61,937 nt of DNA, filler included, from 6 parts of 6 records of this genome joined end to end with filler, not necessarily neighbours in it, one strand, 5' to 3'; positions 50,450-60,060 are shown, numbered from the whole stretch's first letter. Notes: generated from the letters alone by a model not told the origin. A program made the numbers and translations.

Positions 50450-51180
50450 AAATCTTCAATCAACTCATCGATGAGATAAAGGCCTATAAACACCATAAAC
50501 AAACGAGCAACCGATACCGGGAGTTCCAGGCAACGACCGCCATTAACTGGCCGGCCGCCGGCAAAAGGGATATCATCCTCATGCCTGATCTTGCCATGGA
50601 ATTGGGCAGTCCCGAAACCGCTTCCGTATCATTCATGGTATGGACCGGGGACGGGTCCCTCATCAAGGATCAAAGGATCACCCTCCTGGGGCCGGACCTT
50701 ACTGAAACATCGGATAAAAAATTGCCTTTCGGCAAGATTGTCATGGCAGGGGTCCAGGGGTTTAATGAAAACAACGCCTTTGACCGAAACAGGGAAATGT
50801 ATCTGAAGAAATTCGATCTGTCGTTAAAAGGCCATATGCTGAGATCCGCATCACACTACATGGCGGAATGGCACCGGATAAGTAAAGCCGCCATCACAAA
50901 CGGCTTTTCCTTTGACCGTCTGGGCAGCGCCCTGATCAACGCATATAAGAAAATCGATTATGTAAAATCGGTTGAGATCATTTTTGTCACATCATCGGAC
51001 AAGGATGTGAACGAATTGTATGACCTGGGCAAACGCTCGACCCGCATGATAAGCGCAATGTCCAAAATGGTGAATGAGATGAGCTATGACTGCTCGGAAT
51101 GTGAATATCAGGACCTGTGCGGAGAGGCCACGGAGCTTCGCAAGCTAAGGTCCGGATTGACTCAAAAAATCAGGAATTAA
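50446..51180 (+). CDS. Stand-alone acetyl-CoA synthase (CdhC/AcsB)-like domain protein
   Basis: ELGSP..S.SF, D.RITLLGPDL, LPFGKIV, RISK.A...GFSF..LG; C-terminal CSECEYQDLC. Confidence 0.7.
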   Translation: MKIFNQLIDEIKAYKHHKQTSNRYREFQATTAINWPAAGKRDIILMPDLAMELGSPETASVSFMVWTGDGSLIKDQRITLLGPDLTETSDKKLPFGKIVMAGVQGFNENNAFDRNREMYLKKFDLSLKGHMLRSASHYMAEWHRISKAAITNGFSFDRLGSALINAYKKIDYVKSVEIIFVTSSDKDVNELYDLGKRSTRMISAMSKMVNEMSYDCSECEYQDLCGEATELRKLRSGLTQKIRN

Positions 51181-51185
51181 TCCAT

Positions 51186-51255
51186 ATGCAGGAAAAACCG
51201 GTAATAATAGCGGTATGCGGAAAGGGAGGGGTCGGGAAAACCTGTATCAGCGCCC
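51186..51255 (+). CDS. CooC/AcsF-like (MinD-class) ATPase, 3' truncated
   Basis: IIAVCGKGGVGKT deviant Walker A; only 23 codons visible. Confidence 0.6.
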
Positions 51256-51355
51256 NNNNNNNNNNNNNNNNNNNNNNNNNNNNNNNNNNNNNNNNNNNNT
51301 TAATTAATTAANNNNNNNNNNNNNNNNNNNNNNNNNNNNNNNNNNNNNNNNNNNN
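51256..51355. other. Artificial contig spacer
   Basis: N + TTAATTAATTAA + N. Confidence 0.98.
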
Positions 51356-51385
51356 TTCGGGGTTCAAGTCCCTGATGGCGTACCA
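51356..51385 (+). tRNA. 3' end of a tRNA (possibly Lys)
   Basis: T arm CGGGG-TTCAAGT-CCCTG, ATGGCGT-A-CCA; terminator GCTCCTCA..TGGGGAGC-TTTTTT follows. Anticodon missing. Confidence 0.75.
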
Positions 51386-51516
51386 TTCGCTCCTCATTAT
51401 TGGGGAGCTTTTTTATTGTATGAACTTTATGAGGGATGCTTGTAGCATTTTAAGATGTGAGCGAGGGCAAGAGGGTGCGAGAGAGCGAGAGAAATGATTT
51501 ATGAATATCGAACATT

Positions 51517-51549
51517 AGCCTGTCCACCGAAGCCTTGTGCGAAGGTGGA
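51517..51549 (-). repeat. Short dispersed element (CCACCTTCG..AAG.CTTCGGTGGACA family)
   Basis: Minus strand TCCACCTTCGCACAAGGCTTCGGTGGACAGGCT; related copy at 59995-60045. Confidence 0.6.
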
Positions 51550-51666
51550 AGCATTCGATTGACGAATTGAATTTAGATATGCGAAGTATTCAAAATCACA
51601 TATCGTTAATCCTTGTTCGTATATCTTCCCGACCACAGGTACCGGTTACAGGTTACCGGTCACTGG

Positions 51667-52725
51667 TCACTGGTTTCTGGTCAATTCCTCGATCCACTCT
51701 TTATTTTCATTTAAAGCGCATCCACCTTTGCTTTCTTTAAGCAAATGGTGATTATCGCGGATCTTTTTCAGAAGAGGTGATCTAAGGGCTTCTTTCATAC
51801 TTGTCCCTGTCACATTCACATCCGAGAAAGGAGCGAAAGGACAAGCTTCTATGGCACCGGTGGAGCTGATGTGAAGGAACCCACGTCCGGAGGCCAGGCA
51901 GCCGCCGTATTTTTCTTCGTCACCCGGGAGGGGAACGATAAGCATATCCAGATCAAATTCTTTTGAGATAAGGTCTTCTTTCTGTTTATCCGAGATGCAT
52001 TGATCCATATCAGCATCACCCGAGGGGACGTATTCAATCAAAAAGGCCGCCCTACTGCCTTTGTCTTGTAGTTCCCTTAATAATCTAGAACTGACAACCT
52101 CATCGTAATTTTTGTTCGTCAGCGTAAAGGATGAGCCAAATAATAGAGTATTCTTATCCAACTTTTCGATCGCAGCCATGATCTTGTCGTACACACCTTC
52201 ACCCCGGCGATCGTCCGTGGTTTTTTTATTTCCTTCAAGGCTGACAATGGGGATCAGGTTCTTGGTATGTTTCAACTCATTCATAACAGTAGTATCTATC
52301 AATAATCCGTTTGTAAACATGACAAAAAGTGTCCCCGGATGCTCCTTTGGAATATCAAGGATCCCATCTTTAAGCAAGGGTTCTCCCCCGGCAATAAGAA
52401 TGATGGCAACACCCAATTCAACGGATTCATCGACTATACGCTTGATCTCTGAGATATCCATTTCGCCGCTTTTATCTCGTTGCTGATCACAGGCATAGCA
52501 ACCTTTGCACGTAAGATTGCAATCGTTCGTAATGCTCAGGATCAGGACCGGTGGCACGATCAGATCATCTTTTGCCAAAGCTGTCCGTACTTTTACCTGT
52601 TTTTTTATATTCGACCCAATTTCAAGAAAGGTCTTTAAATACGAAGGCCTTTTCAACAGAAACTTTTTGTTCTTAATCAGAGAAGCAGTAATTACCTTAT
52701 CAAATCGCTTGATTTCTTTGCTCAT
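51667..52725 (-). CDS. Radical SAM protein with SPASM/twitch-like C-terminus
   Basis: CNLTCKGC, GGEPL, FTNG, GCLASGRG.LHI...G.IEACPF. Confidence 0.92.
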   Translation of the reverse strand: MSKEIKRFDKVITASLIKNKKFLLKRPSYLKTFLEIGSNIKKQVKVRTALAKDDLIVPPVLILSITNDCNLTCKGCYACDQQRDKSGEMDISEIKRIVDESVELGVAIILIAGGEPLLKDGILDIPKEHPGTLFVMFTNGLLIDTTVMNELKHTKNLIPIVSLEGNKKTTDDRRGEGVYDKIMAAIEKLDKNTLLFGSSFTLTNKNYDEVVSSRLLRELQDKGSRAAFLIEYVPSGDADMDQCISDKQKEDLISKEFDLDMLIVPLPGDEEKYGGCLASGRGFLHISSTGAIEACPFAPFSDVNVTGTSMKEALRSPLLKKIRDNHHLLKESKGGCALNENKEWIEELTRNQ

Positions 52726-52802
52726 GAGCTACCTTATTATTATTACATGGGATAAATCTAAATTCCGGCAGGCGCGAATACAAGAAAATTGTTGTTATAA
52801 AA

Positions 52803-52829
52803 AACGGAACGGTTTAAAACCGTTCCGTT
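52803..52829. terminator. Palindrome/terminator after the CTD protein gene
   Basis: AACGGAACGGTTT-A-AAACCGTTCCGTT. Confidence 0.6.
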
Positions 52830-52854
52830 CATCTGAGTTTATTGATTAATATGG

Positions 52855-54561
52855 TTACTTCATCAATATCATTTTCTTAGTCGCTGTAAAGCTCCCTGTC
52901 TGCAAGCGATAGAAGTAGACACCCGAGCTGTAGTGTGCGGCATTCCAGATCAACTGATAACTGCCTGCCTGTTGGTATCCACTTGCCAGAGTTTCTACCA
53001 AGCGTCCCGTAATATCAAAGATCGTCAATTCAACGTCGCTGTTCGCTGACAGTTGATAGGAGATAGAAGTTATCGGATTAAAAGGATTCGGGTAGTTTTG
53101 CTCAAGCACGAAGGCTGAAGGAATAATGGGATCCCACGAAATATTCGTAGCGGTTCCTTCGGTTCCCATAACAGCCAAGGAGCTAAAGTGGATCACACCG
53201 GAGAAAATACGATTGAAGTTTTCATCAACGACAGTCTCCGTAATGCCGGTCCCGTCAAATACCAGGGTATCTCCACTTTCAATTGCAAAAAACAATCCCA
53301 GTGTTTCGGGATCGATACCAAGCTTATCAAGTAAACCGCGTTTATAGACCATGCCAACAACCAAGGGTGTCTCAAAATAATAGGGCTCCTGAATGGTATC
53401 ATTGACCATGACTGTGAAATCAACACCGGCCAGCATACCTTCATGTCCCCAGCCAACACTATCGCCGCGGATCTCGGCAAATTTCGGCAGTGAAATATGG
53501 ATCCTGATATCTTCTGTTAATGAACCAATAGGGAAATATACCTGACTGCCGTTCAGCACGTTCATCGGATGCGGCAAGCCACCCATGGTCCAGATCTCGC
53601 CTTCGGTCAGTTCGCGCATCACTGAATAGCCCTGTTGATTTGGACTGTCACGAGTAATAATTATATTGTTGAGGGAGTCATCACGTGTTGAATCCTGAAC
53701 GATCACGAGCGCACTTGCACTCATATCGCCCAATTCAGCTCGAACCACTGCATATCCGCTCGCCGTAACATCCAACAAACCATCCTGATCTATTGTGCCA
53801 ACGGCCATGCCTTCCAGACTCCAGGTAAAGGTCGTATCTATTTGCAGGCCGATGCTGTCGTTTTCCGCTTTTTCAAAAACCGTATATTGGACTTGATCAC
53901 CTACGGGTATAACCGTTTCATTAGGCATTAGAATAAAATCACAGTAATTTTCCGGTTCTTCAAGATTTCCCGCGGGAAATACACTTACATAGACCCAGGC
54001 CATCAGATCACCGACATAAACCTCGATCATGCCTTCACCGGAACGAGCTGCAATGAACTGTCCGCTGGTGCTGTCTAAAGTTCCCAGTGAATCGGGACGC
54101 AACTTCCACACGCCGACGGTATCGGTCTCAACTTTATTGGTATCGATATAAACGACAGAATATTGTAATGTGTCTCCGACAAACATCTCCATATCGCTTT
54201 GAACGATCTCAACGGCAGGTAAAAGAAATTCGGGTTCATCTGTTTCAATCGTTATCTCAATAGTATCGGTCAATTCATTCAATGTTGCGATCACAAGACC
54301 TGTACCCACATTCTTTGCAGTAAGCACGCCCTTGTTATTTACCGTTGCCAGTTGGTGCGGGTCAACAGCCCATGTTGCCGTTGTATCAAATTCATTTTCA
54401 TTTGAATCGACATAGACAGCTTCCATTTGAATCGTATCGCCTACGGTCATTTCAAGTTCATCCGGAACGATTTCCAGACTTTGTGCAAAAATGAGACCTG
54501 AAAATATCATTAATACAAGGCTTATCTTTACAGCTTGTAAATGCTTTAACATTCTAAACAT
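52855..54561 (-). CDS. Secreted Ig-like (Big_2) repeat protein with T9SS type-A/FlgD-like C-terminal domain
   Basis: Signal peptide; three Ig-like repeats; LEQNYPNPFNP...SSGVYFYRL...KKMILMK. Confidence 0.85.
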   Translation of the reverse strand: MFRMLKHLQAVKISLVLMIFSGLIFAQSLEIVPDELEMTVGDTIQMEAVYVDSNENEFDTTATWAVDPHQLATVNNKGVLTAKNVGTGLVIATLNELTDTIEITIETDEPEFLLPAVEIVQSDMEMFVGDTLQYSVVYIDTNKVETDTVGVWKLRPDSLGTLDSTSGQFIAARSGEGMIEVYVGDLMAWVYVSVFPAGNLEEPENYCDFILMPNETVIPVGDQVQYTVFEKAENDSIGLQIDTTFTWSLEGMAVGTIDQDGLLDVTASGYAVVRAELGDMSASALVIVQDSTRDDSLNNIIITRDSPNQQGYSVMRELTEGEIWTMGGLPHPMNVLNGSQVYFPIGSLTEDIRIHISLPKFAEIRGDSVGWGHEGMLAGVDFTVMVNDTIQEPYYFETPLVVGMVYKRGLLDKLGIDPETLGLFFAIESGDTLVFDGTGITETVVDENFNRIFSGVIHFSSLAVMGTEGTATNISWDPIIPSAFVLEQNYPNPFNPITSISYQLSANSDVELTIFDITGRLVETLASGYQQAGSYQLIWNAAHYSSGVYFYRLQTGSFTATKKMILMK

Positions 54562-54707
54562 AGCTAACTCCTTTCATTATGCATCAAACCTATCACAATA
54601 TATAGACACTTGCAAGTTAAGAAAAGGTTAAGGGTTGAGAATAATTTAATCCTAATAAAAAACAGCTTCAAAATAAATTGAAGCTATTAAAGTCATTTGG
54701 TTTTATA

Positions 54708-55208
54708 CTATTTGATAAAGTACACTTTTACTAATTTATCATCTTCAATTACATAATGCTCAAAGCCCAAGCTGGCACCTTTTTCGATCAGGGGTACGGG
54801 AAGAAAGGATGCGATCAATTCATATATCTTAGCATCTTCCATTTCACTCAGATCAGAGACGACCTGATTGATCGGATGTTCTCCGCGTGCCAGCATATCA
54901 CGGGCATCAAAGCTTTTACTGACTTTTCCATTTTTATACCACTCGGGTTGCTCGCGGTTTACCTTGAAGTCATCCGAGCTTTCTATACAGTCTTGTCCAA
55001 CCAGTTTACGTAACATATTTATCAGGTCCTCCACGTTGATCTTGCCGATCGCCGCCACTTGCTGCATGGTTGCAACCTTTGCGATCGTTTTTCTTAATAT
55101 CGGGTTCTTCAGATCTTTGAATACGGGTATGTATTCAATCAATTTATCTTCAAGTTGTGGAAATTCATCCAACACTTGCATTAATTTTGATTTGGGTGTA
55201 ATGATCAT
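54708..55208 (-). CDS. DUF1858 domain protein
   Basis: LDEFPQL, F.DLKNPILRKTIAK.AT; C-terminal DUF2249-like FDAR...F.PVPLI. Confidence 0.75.
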   Translation of the reverse strand: MIITPKSKLMQVLDEFPQLEDKLIEYIPVFKDLKNPILRKTIAKVATMQQVAAIGKINVEDLINMLRKLVGQDCIESSDDFKVNREQPEWYKNGKVSKSFDARDMLARGEHPINQVVSDLSEMEDAKIYELIASFLPVPLIEKGASLGFEHYVIEDDKLVKVYFIK

Positions 55209-55219
55209 AATATCACCTC

Positions 55220-56449
55220 TTAACTATAGGATAAGATCCTCTGTTCACCTTCCAGCTCACGATATTTATTTACATTGTGAGAGACTTCCAGAGTTCCAAG
55301 ATATTCGCCTTTATCATTCCTTAGGGCAAAGTATTCGATGTAGATCATTTGCCCACCCATATTGATCCAGAAAGGCGCTTTACTTTCTTTGCCGCTCTTA
55401 AAATCATCAATGATCTTATCAACGATATGCGCAGATGCCGGCGGATGGCAAAGACGAACATCACGATTCAAGATGGCGCGATTGCGTTGGAATACGCGTT
55501 CAGCACCCTGCGAGAAGTATTTCACTTTGTCGTTTCTGTCAACAAAGGTCATGTCGACAGGAAGATGATTCAATATGGCTAACAATTCTTCAACACTAAA
55601 GCCGCCCGAAGGTAGCTGGATCTGTCCTCCGCTTTGTTGGATCTCATTAATGGATTCCTCGGCAACGCCTTCAGGGCGCCAGTCTACTTGAGGATCATAA
55701 AGACAAAACCCGATCTCTATGGATTGTTTAGCGATCTCATACCATTCGCCATCACCGATATTATCCATGGTCATGGGAAAAAGGATCTCTTCTTCCTTGA
55801 TCACCATATCATCCACACCCTGTACTGCAGGAAGAAGGATCAATTCGGCTGAAGCATGCAATTCCTTAGCGCTGATATCTTCGGTCTTCAATAATTCAAT
55901 ACCGCCTTTGATCAACTCGCGGATCTCGTCATCCTTACCCCATAATACTTTGGGCGGACCTGTAATGCCTTTTGATTCCAAATAAGGAAAGATCAGGTAT
56001 TCTTTTCTCTGGTAATGCTTGTCTGCATCGAACAATTGATTGAACATGGCACGTAAGCCCATAATACCTTTTTTCAATTCCTCGGCATCAGCGTCTTTTA
56101 ATTGTTCGATCGCAGCACGAACCTGGGTGGTCACTTTTTTCAGTTCGAGATTCTCTTTTTTCATCACATCAATTGGATGACCCTCAGGGACTTCTTTTGC
56201 ACCTGTCAGATCTACCTTGCCATGCAAAACAGCAGAATGGATATCACAAAGCTTCAGCACTTCCTCTTCCGGAAGTCCTTCACTTATCAGTTCCTGTTCA
56301 ACTTCCACTACATCTCCATAAGGCACCTGCGATAAGATCTCGGTCAATTCTGCACGAACCGTATCTTGAGATTCACCTTCATGCAGTTTCAGTATAAGCT
56401 TTTTTAATTCGGCTTTCCGTTTTGATGAATTATTGATCAATTCACTCAT
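55220..56449 (-). CDS. DUF438 + hemerythrin-like + PAS protein
   Basis: KLCDIH, GHP, HYQRKEYLIFPYLE, GPPKVLW, KEEEILFP, LP.DMTFVD, CHPP.S. Confidence 0.88.
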   Translation of the reverse strand: MSELINNSSKRKAELKKLILKLHEGESQDTVRAELTEILSQVPYGDVVEVEQELISEGLPEEEVLKLCDIHSAVLHGKVDLTGAKEVPEGHPIDVMKKENLELKKVTTQVRAAIEQLKDADAEELKKGIMGLRAMFNQLFDADKHYQRKEYLIFPYLESKGITGPPKVLWGKDDEIRELIKGGIELLKTEDISAKELHASAELILLPAVQGVDDMVIKEEEILFPMTMDNIGDGEWYEIAKQSIEIGFCLYDPQVDWRPEGVAEESINEIQQSGGQIQLPSGGFSVEELLAILNHLPVDMTFVDRNDKVKYFSQGAERVFQRNRAILNRDVRLCHPPASAHIVDKIIDDFKSGKESKAPFWINMGGQMIYIEYFALRNDKGEYLGTLEVSHNVNKYRELEGEQRILSYS

Positions 56450-56463
56450 GGTTCACCTCTCTT

Positions 56464-56805
56464 CTATAAAATTATTGCTTTTGAATTTGGCCGTGGAGCC
56501 TTGATGACTAAAATCCTAAGATCCTTATCGCTCTCATTATACCAGCAATGGGCGATCATTTTGGGGCTTTCGATAAGGGTTCCTTGCTCCACTATTTTCT
56601 TCTCTTCACCGATCAGAACCTTTCCTTTTCCTTCAAGAACATAGAAAGCTACGTCTACAGGTGTCAAATGTGGTTTGAGCGCTTCCCCGGGTTTAAGCAG
56701 AATATGTACGACCTGTGCCGTTTCATCGGAATACAGATCTCTAACATCCACTTTATGGATATTCTCTCTTGGTTCAATATCTTTCCAATTGCGTGTTTTC
56801 ATCAT
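56464..56805 (-). CDS. Cupin domain protein
   Basis: LKPGE..KPH.TP....FYVLEGKG...IAH; AAGGAG before ATG 56805. Confidence 0.88.
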   Translation of the reverse strand: MMKTRNWKDIEPRENIHKVDVRDLYSDETAQVVHILLKPGEALKPHLTPVDVAFYVLEGKGKVLIGEEKKIVEQGTLIESPKMIAHCWYNESDKDLRILVIKAPRPNSKAIIL

Positions 56806-56858
56806 CGCTCCTTTTTCAATTTTCATAATAAAATACAAAAGATCACCGGTGTTAATCG

Positions 56859-56872
56859 GTAATCTATGTTAC
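56859..56872 (-). promoter_or_regulatory. Crp/Fnr-family (HcpR-like) box
   Basis: Minus strand GTAAC-ATAG-ATTAC, about 30 nt upstream of a candidate -10 TATTTT (56835-56830). Confidence 0.5.
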
Positions 56873-56939
56873 AAAATTGATACAAAATTTAAAAAGCCAC
56901 CCTGCATAGGATGGCTTGGTACTTTCTGATCACTATAAA

Positions 56940-59861
56940 TTATTTCATAAGTATCATTTTCTTCGTAGCGCTGTATTCGCCTGTTTCAAGGCGATAAAAG
57001 TATACACCCGAACTATATTGCGAAGCATTCCAGTTCAAGCGATAATTGCCCGCCTTCTGATATGCACTTACCAAAGTCTCAATCCGGCGTCCTGCAATAT
57101 CAAAGATCGTCAGTTCAACAGGACTATTCGTTGATAACTGATAACTGATAGCTGTGATTGGATTGAAGGGATTGGGGTAGTTTTGATGTAATTCAAATTC
57201 TTCCGGCACATCTGCCAATGCGGTAATAAGCGTAGTAAATGAAAGGGTATCACCGTAAGCGGGGCCATCGAAATTATCAACAAAAGATCTAACATAATAT
57301 TTTGTATTCTCTTTAAGATCTTCGACCTTGATCTTGAACGTATGAATGCTATCTCCAGCACCTAAATCAATCAAGTTATCACGCATATCAGGGTCCGGAA
57401 GAGTATCCCAGCAAATGCCGTAATGATCAGGATGTGGATCACCCAGATAAAATAACTCGCAATTCACCACGGCGCTATCGGCGCCAAGTTCTTCAAGTCC
57501 AATGATCTTGACCTTCGGTACGTTTGCTTCCCAAAACAAATGTGGATATCCATTATTGATCGAAGATTTCATACTCCAAAGGGTATTGAAATTCCAGCCG
57601 GCTTCTACAAATGTGCATTCATCCTTCATTTCACCTGTTGATTTGCCGGTTCCTGCAAAGGACGTGCTAATACTTGACGTAATGGTATCCCAAAAACATG
57701 CAGTAATGTACGAATGAGAATACTGATCATTGTAAGAATGAGAAATAATTCCACCAAACTTACTTCCTGTAGTATTAATAAGCCCAACATTGTAGCTATT
57801 TTTGGTATTGGCGCCTAAATCTGTACCTACCAATCCCCCAACATAATTTGCTGAGATCACGCGTGAAGTATTGTAACAATTTGATATTAACCGTCTATTG
57901 CTTCCTACAAGTCCGCCTGTCGGGCTACTTCCATCAACACTTCCTCGATTGATACAAAAATATAATTTACCGGTATTCGATCCAACAAGACCTCCGGTAG
58001 CACCATTCCAACCTTTCACTGAAGCAAAATTCTGACAGCGAACTATGGAACCACCATTCGTTCCTGTCAGGCCTCCAATATTATATGAAGCCTGGCAATG
58101 CCCATAACTTTCCGAATCATAAATATTGGCACTGTTATCACCCACTATCAGGCCCACCATTCGATTTCCCTCAAGAAAACCGCCTACTCTGGAATTATAA
58201 ATTCTAGATTCCAGCGCTCTTCCGGCCAGTCCGCCGACATAATCCTCACCCATTATCCATATGTTGTTTAAAACTATGTTTTTCAATACGGCATCCGGGC
58301 CGGCACATCCTATAAATCCGGTTTCGTGCCTGTCCGGCCTGTTGATATAGAGACTATCGATGGCATATCCCTGTCCGTCGTAGGTCCCCTGAAATCGTAC
58401 CGGTGAAAATTCTCCCAAAGGAGTCCAACCTTTACCACTGTCCCAGCTCCGGGTGGCAGATGCATTAATATCTTGAACCTGAATATAATGCTCATTCCAT
58501 GAATATTTATTATTCATTATCCATTTTAAGTGGTCAAGTTTGGATACTTGATACGGATCTTCTATACTTCCTTCCTGATCAAACATTTTTGTTTCAAAGA
58601 CAATCGTTCGTGTATAATGAATACCACTGGAATCCTCTGCAAAAGCGCAAATATAGTATTCGGTGTTTTCATTAAGACCCATTATATGTGAAATATATTC
58701 ACCATTTTCACCCCTTATATAAACTTCAGTAAGGGAATCACCAACACTGGGGTTTCCACTGGTATTCCAACACAATCCAATTCTTGAAAAGTTATGAACA
58801 AAATTGGAATCTAAGAAATAATTAACCTGAGCGCTCGTTCTTGATATATTTTCAACATCAAGCATTTCGATCAAGGGATGAGACTCCCAAAGCAGATATG
58901 GATATCCGTTGTTCCTTATAACATTAATAGACCAAGTACTATCAAAAGCCCATCCGGCATCGGTATATGTCTCCAGCGTTTTCATTTCCTCGGTGGTTTT
59001 GGCTGTTCCACCTTGAGAGCTGGAGCGAAAGGCCAATTCTTTGTCCCAAAAACTATTGCGTATGGTTGCGCTTTCTTTTTGACCGATCAAACCACCAATA
59101 TCGTAAGTACCGCTAACCCGCCCAATGCTATAACAGTGATCAGCTTCAGAACTATAAGATAATGAACCGGCTAAACCTCCGGCGCTGATATGGCAGTAAA
59201 CTGAAGAGAAATTATAACAGTCAAAAATATTTGATCCGGAGATAAAACCAACAACACCACCGGCATGATACTGCCGTGCCCATACTGAACCTTTGCTATA
59301 GCATTGAGACATATTTGAATTATAATATAATGCTGCAACAACACCACCTGTATAGTTTATCCCTGTTATTTCTCCGGAAACAAAGCATCTTTCAATCGTC
59401 AATGTAACGGTTCTTCCAACTAATCCTCCAACCATTGATCGACCACGGACAACTATTTCGGTCAAACCAAGGTCATGAATATATGCATTACTTACATAGC
59501 CAAACAAAGCAACATTATCCGTTGAATCACGGCCAATAAACAAATTCTCGATCAGATATCCACCACCGTCATATGAACCCATAAATCTACTGGTATCATG
59601 ACCGATAGGTAACCATCCCAGGAATCCACCATTTCCATCCGGAAACCAATATTTTGTTGAATCGGCATTAAGATCGTTCATTTGAACATAATGCTGAGAT
59701 AGTCTTGATTCGTCTTGTGTGATCCAATAAAGATTTTCTATTGACTCAATTTGGAAAGGGTCTTCCGGTGTTCCGCTTCCATTCTCGGGTGCTATGGCAT
59801 TCTGAGCCCAAGCAGCAGCGGTCATCAGGGAAATAACTAAAAATAATTTCAGAATTCGCAT
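56940..59861 (-). CDS. Secreted GLUG-repeat/FN3-like protein with T9SS-type C-terminal domain
   Basis: GGAGG before ATG 59861; many VGGLVG motifs; two G.CW...P FN3-like modules; LHQNYPNPFNP...KKMILMK. Confidence 0.85.
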   Translation of the reverse strand: MRILKLFLVISLMTAAAWAQNAIAPENGSGTPEDPFQIESIENLYWITQDESRLSQHYVQMNDLNADSTKYWFPDGNGGFLGWLPIGHDTSRFMGSYDGGGYLIENLFIGRDSTDNVALFGYVSNAYIHDLGLTEIVVRGRSMVGGLVGRTVTLTIERCFVSGEITGINYTGGVVAALYYNSNMSQCYSKGSVWARQYHAGGVVGFISGSNIFDCYNFSSVYCHISAGGLAGSLSYSSEADHCYSIGRVSGTYDIGGLIGQKESATIRNSFWDKELAFRSSSQGGTAKTTEEMKTLETYTDAGWAFDSTWSINVIRNNGYPYLLWESHPLIEMLDVENISRTSAQVNYFLDSNFVHNFSRIGLCWNTSGNPSVGDSLTEVYIRGENGEYISHIMGLNENTEYYICAFAEDSSGIHYTRTIVFETKMFDQEGSIEDPYQVSKLDHLKWIMNNKYSWNEHYIQVQDINASATRSWDSGKGWTPLGEFSPVRFQGTYDGQGYAIDSLYINRPDRHETGFIGCAGPDAVLKNIVLNNIWIMGEDYVGGLAGRALESRIYNSRVGGFLEGNRMVGLIVGDNSANIYDSESYGHCQASYNIGGLTGTNGGSIVRCQNFASVKGWNGATGGLVGSNTGKLYFCINRGSVDGSSPTGGLVGSNRRLISNCYNTSRVISANYVGGLVGTDLGANTKNSYNVGLINTTGSKFGGIISHSYNDQYSHSYITACFWDTITSSISTSFAGTGKSTGEMKDECTFVEAGWNFNTLWSMKSSINNGYPHLFWEANVPKVKIIGLEELGADSAVVNCELFYLGDPHPDHYGICWDTLPDPDMRDNLIDLGAGDSIHTFKIKVEDLKENTKYYVRSFVDNFDGPAYGDTLSFTTLITALADVPEEFELHQNYPNPFNPITAISYQLSTNSPVELTIFDIAGRRIETLVSAYQKAGNYRLNWNASQYSSGVYFYRLETGEYSATKKMILMK

Positions 59862-59994
59862 TTTGCCTCCACATTTATAGTGTTGCTTACTTCCCATTTC
59901 TTTGATTACTTACCTTTGTATAATAATATGCCTGTATTATCTAAAAGTCAATGTATAATATTTAAAGCCTAAAGAATTCTTTTTTACTGGTCAC

Positions 59995-60060
59995 CCACCT
60001 TCGTCAAGACTTGCTCCTTCGCTCCTTGAGCTTCGGTGGACAAGCCTGCGGGTAGGCAGG
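59995..60060 (+). repeat. Nested short palindromic elements inside a heptamer tract
   Basis: CCACCTTCGTCAAGACTT / CCTTCGCTCCTTGAGCTTCGGTGGACAAG / CCTGCGGGTAGGCAGG flanked by TTACTGG-TCAC and TCACTGG-TTACCGC. Confidence 0.55.
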
